Assembly (NCBI GenBank): GCA_001179505.1
Contig: CDMY01000791.1
Coordinates: 62,001 to 126,000, forward strand
Direction: 5' to 3'
DNA: 64,000 nucleotides
DNA from: Vitrella brassicaformis CCMP3155
Lineage: Eukaryota; Protista; Chromerida
Shown piece by piece: positions 61,619 through 64,000 of the stretch. Every line of letters begins with the position of its first letter. Positions within the stretch are counted from its first letter, which is position 1. The notes beneath the pieces are model-generated. The model was not told where the DNA came from. It did no database searches and worked only from the letters and a program-made list of their open reading frames with translations. Both the position numbers and the translations under genes were made by a program.

Positions 61619-63509
61619 ATGCCGCGCACCACCGACGGAATCCCGTCCCTGCCCTCCTCCGACTCCATTCCCAGCCCCCCCAGCAGCCCTGACACCCTCG
61701 CCTCCCGCCCACCCCTCTCCCCTCTCGCCCTCTTCCCCGTCAAGGATGGCTCCCCACTCTGCTTCATGTCCATCTCCGGCCACAGCCCTGTGAGCGACGA
61801 CGGCGACGAAGCGTACGGCAGCGGCATCCCTGGGTCCACCATGAGCAACACTTACTACTCGGCTGCCGAGTGGGAGCAAGATCCTCGCGAAAAGGAGGCT
61901 CCCGAAGGCCACCACCCGGCCCCGCGTGCGCGTGGTTGTTTCCCGCGTTTCAGGCGGTGGAGTGTCGGCCACGCGCACCAGACCAGGACGCCCCGAGAGG
62001 ACGAGTCAACCTGCCGCAGCTCGGTGCCAGTCGACCTGGCGACACTCGTGTTCGCCCGAGCTCAGTACGATGACCCTCTCGAGGTATGCTGTGCTATGCA
62101 CGGCAGTCGAAGCCACAGCGAAACAGTCCGCTCACCCGACACGACCCGGTTGTTTTGTCCTTCCTCTGTGTGTGTCGCGTAGATTCACCCCGGTGACCAG
62201 TCCCTGACGCCACCGCCGGCGAGCCCTCAGTCTGTGCGCGAGTATGTGGCCCAGGCGTCTGACACCCCTCCCTCCAGCAAACACAACGCCCTCTCGCGTG
62301 TGGCGGACTGCCTGCGTGGCGCCAGGAAGCGGACCATCTCTCGGGTCAAGTCCTGGATCCACCACCAGGAGGGTTCGGTTTTTCCGAGGAAGTCGAGTGC
62401 GAATTTCGAGGACCATGAGGACCCTGCGGTGTGGCGGAATCTTGACCCCAACTTGCAGTACCGCCTCAGGGGCTTCCCATCGCCCTTCGAGCCCGAGGAG
62501 GACCGCAGACTCAGGGACCTCTACGTCCAACAGGTGGGGGAGGGAGCGAGGCAAGCAGAGAAGCATGGATCGATGTCTGCTCTCTTCTGTGTGTGTCGGC
62601 TGGTTGGTGTGGTGCAGGGCAAGAAGGCGATCCAGGAGCATTTGGCCCTCAAGGCGGACACTCGTGGCTGGAAGCACGCCGGAACCAAGGGCGGTGTCAA
62701 GGTACGTATGGCTGCTGTAGGAAGCACTCCCGCATGGATTGTATGTGTATGTGTGTGTGTGTGCTATCTTTCAGTGTTACCGGAAGGAAGTGACTGACCA
62801 TTCGCTGCCTGTGTTGGTCAAGGGTGAGGTGAACTTCGGCAAGGGGCCCGGCGTCACCCCAGAGGATGTCATCGACTTCTTCACCATGATCGACCCCCAG
62901 CTCTACAACAGCGAGCTCGACATATGTAAGATCTTACCACAGACAGACAGACAACACAATCCTTTATCTTGTGCGCGTGCGTGTGTGTCCGTGTGTGTGC
63001 AGCGATCCATCTGCGCAACTGGCGTGTGACGTCGTGGCCCGGCGTGTACGTCTTCTACCAGAGCTACAAGGGCATGATGGGCGTCCCCGGCCGCGACTTC
63101 ACCATCTTCCTCTACCGCGAGAAGATCGCCGATGACTACTACGCCTTCGCCAGCCAGTCCATCGACTGGCCGAGGACCGAAGACATGCTTCACGGCCGAG
63201 TGACGGCACACCTCCTCGTAAGCAACACACACCTCATAATAAGCTTCAACGCATGCGCCGCGCATTTTCACGTTGGTCTGTCTGTTTGTCGCGTGTTTGG
63301 CTCTGTCTGTCGGTCAGTTGGGTGCGATGGATGCCCGGTATGACGAGGAGGGCAACGTGATCCTGACGGCCATGTATCAGGCTGACCTGAGGGGGTCCCT
63401 GCCTGAGTGGATCAAGCGAATGGTGGCCATCAACTCGATCTCGTGGCTGGGCCAGGCCAAGACGCTCTACGACAAGACCTGGGGCAAGGGCAAGTGGGCG
63501 AAGGCGTGA
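61619..63509 (+). CDS. START/SRPBCC lipid-transfer domain protein with low-complexity N-terminus
   Basis: C-terminal exons give GWKHAGTKGGVKCYRKEV..LVKGEV, YVFYQSYKGMMGVPGRDF, FASQSIDWP, RVTAH and TAMYQADLRGSLPEWIKRM, the START motif pattern. The start codon is uncertain (61619, 61766 or ~61840). Confidence 0.85.
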
Positions 63510-64000
63510 TGGGCGGGGGTGATTTGATGCGCGCTGTTGGACATATATTATATGGTGTGTGGGCTGCCTGATTTGGTGCTGTGCTGTGCTGCTGCATGTT
63601 CTGCTCTCCATCCCTCCGTTTTTGCGAGGGGCGTGTGCGTGTCTGCGGTGTCTCGTGCTGTGAGTGATATGTTGATGTGCTGCGGTCTGTGTGATGCGAA
63701 AGCCGTTGGGTGATGTGTCTGTCGGTGTGGGCGAGCGGTGGTGCATATATTGTGTGGGAATGGCACCTTCTGCTGTAGGCCATTCATTTGTCAGACCACT
63801 GACCTCCGTGTCTTGGCAGCTTCCTTTGCCTGCCATTTGCTCTCTCTTTGCTTCCATTGTCTTACTCGGTTTGTGGTTTGTGTGAGTCAAGTGCGTGTCT
63901 CTCTGTGTGTGACAATGTGTGTTGGCGGGATGCATAGCCTGATCCATCCGATACGTGGCATGCGATGGTGTGTGCATACTCCGCGTCTTTGCATTCTTGT

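Noticed and set aside
1-64000. rRNA, tRNA, transposase/retroelement ORFs, dinoflagellate spliced-leader relics
   Set aside because: None recognised by eye; a tRNAscan/Infernal/RepeatMasker run would be needed to exclude them formally.

Overview
Intron-rich, GC-rich eukaryotic genomic DNA with microsatellite-filled introns and two 300-N assembly gaps. The style and gene content suggest a chromerid alveolate such as Vitrella (inference, not verified). I can support 12 protein-coding genes, and they alternate strand strictly (- + - + - + - + - + - +): a PPR protein, an atypical Ras-like GTPase with a CaaX box, an acidic signal-peptide protein, PI4-kinase III alpha, RSL1D1, a minimal FKBP-like protein, WRAP73, a GYGGHVP-motif protein, a Ctr copper transporter, a giant type I PKS/FAS, a WS/DGAT acyltransferase and a START lipid-transfer protein. 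The main feature is the 15-exon megasynthase of about 8,180 aa: FAAL-ACP-[KS-AT0-DH-ER-pseudoMT-KR-ACP]-[KS-DH-ER0-KR-ACP]-[KS-AT-DH-ER0-KR-ACP]-Reductase-Thioesterase. It is followed directly by a wax-ester-synthase-family gene and a START gene. Together they look like a eukaryotic lipid biosynthetic gene cluster (long-chain alcohol/aldehyde -> wax ester -> lipid transfer). The FAAL-ACP/three-module/reductase backbone is known from apicomplexan FAS1. The departures seen here are one intact AT for three modules, a misplaced pseudo-methyltransferase, two decayed ERs, a tandem R+TE terminus and the adjacent WS/DGAT and START genes. Exon and domain boundaries were read by eye and are approximate unless stated. 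No rRNA, tRNA, CRISPR array or transposase was seen.
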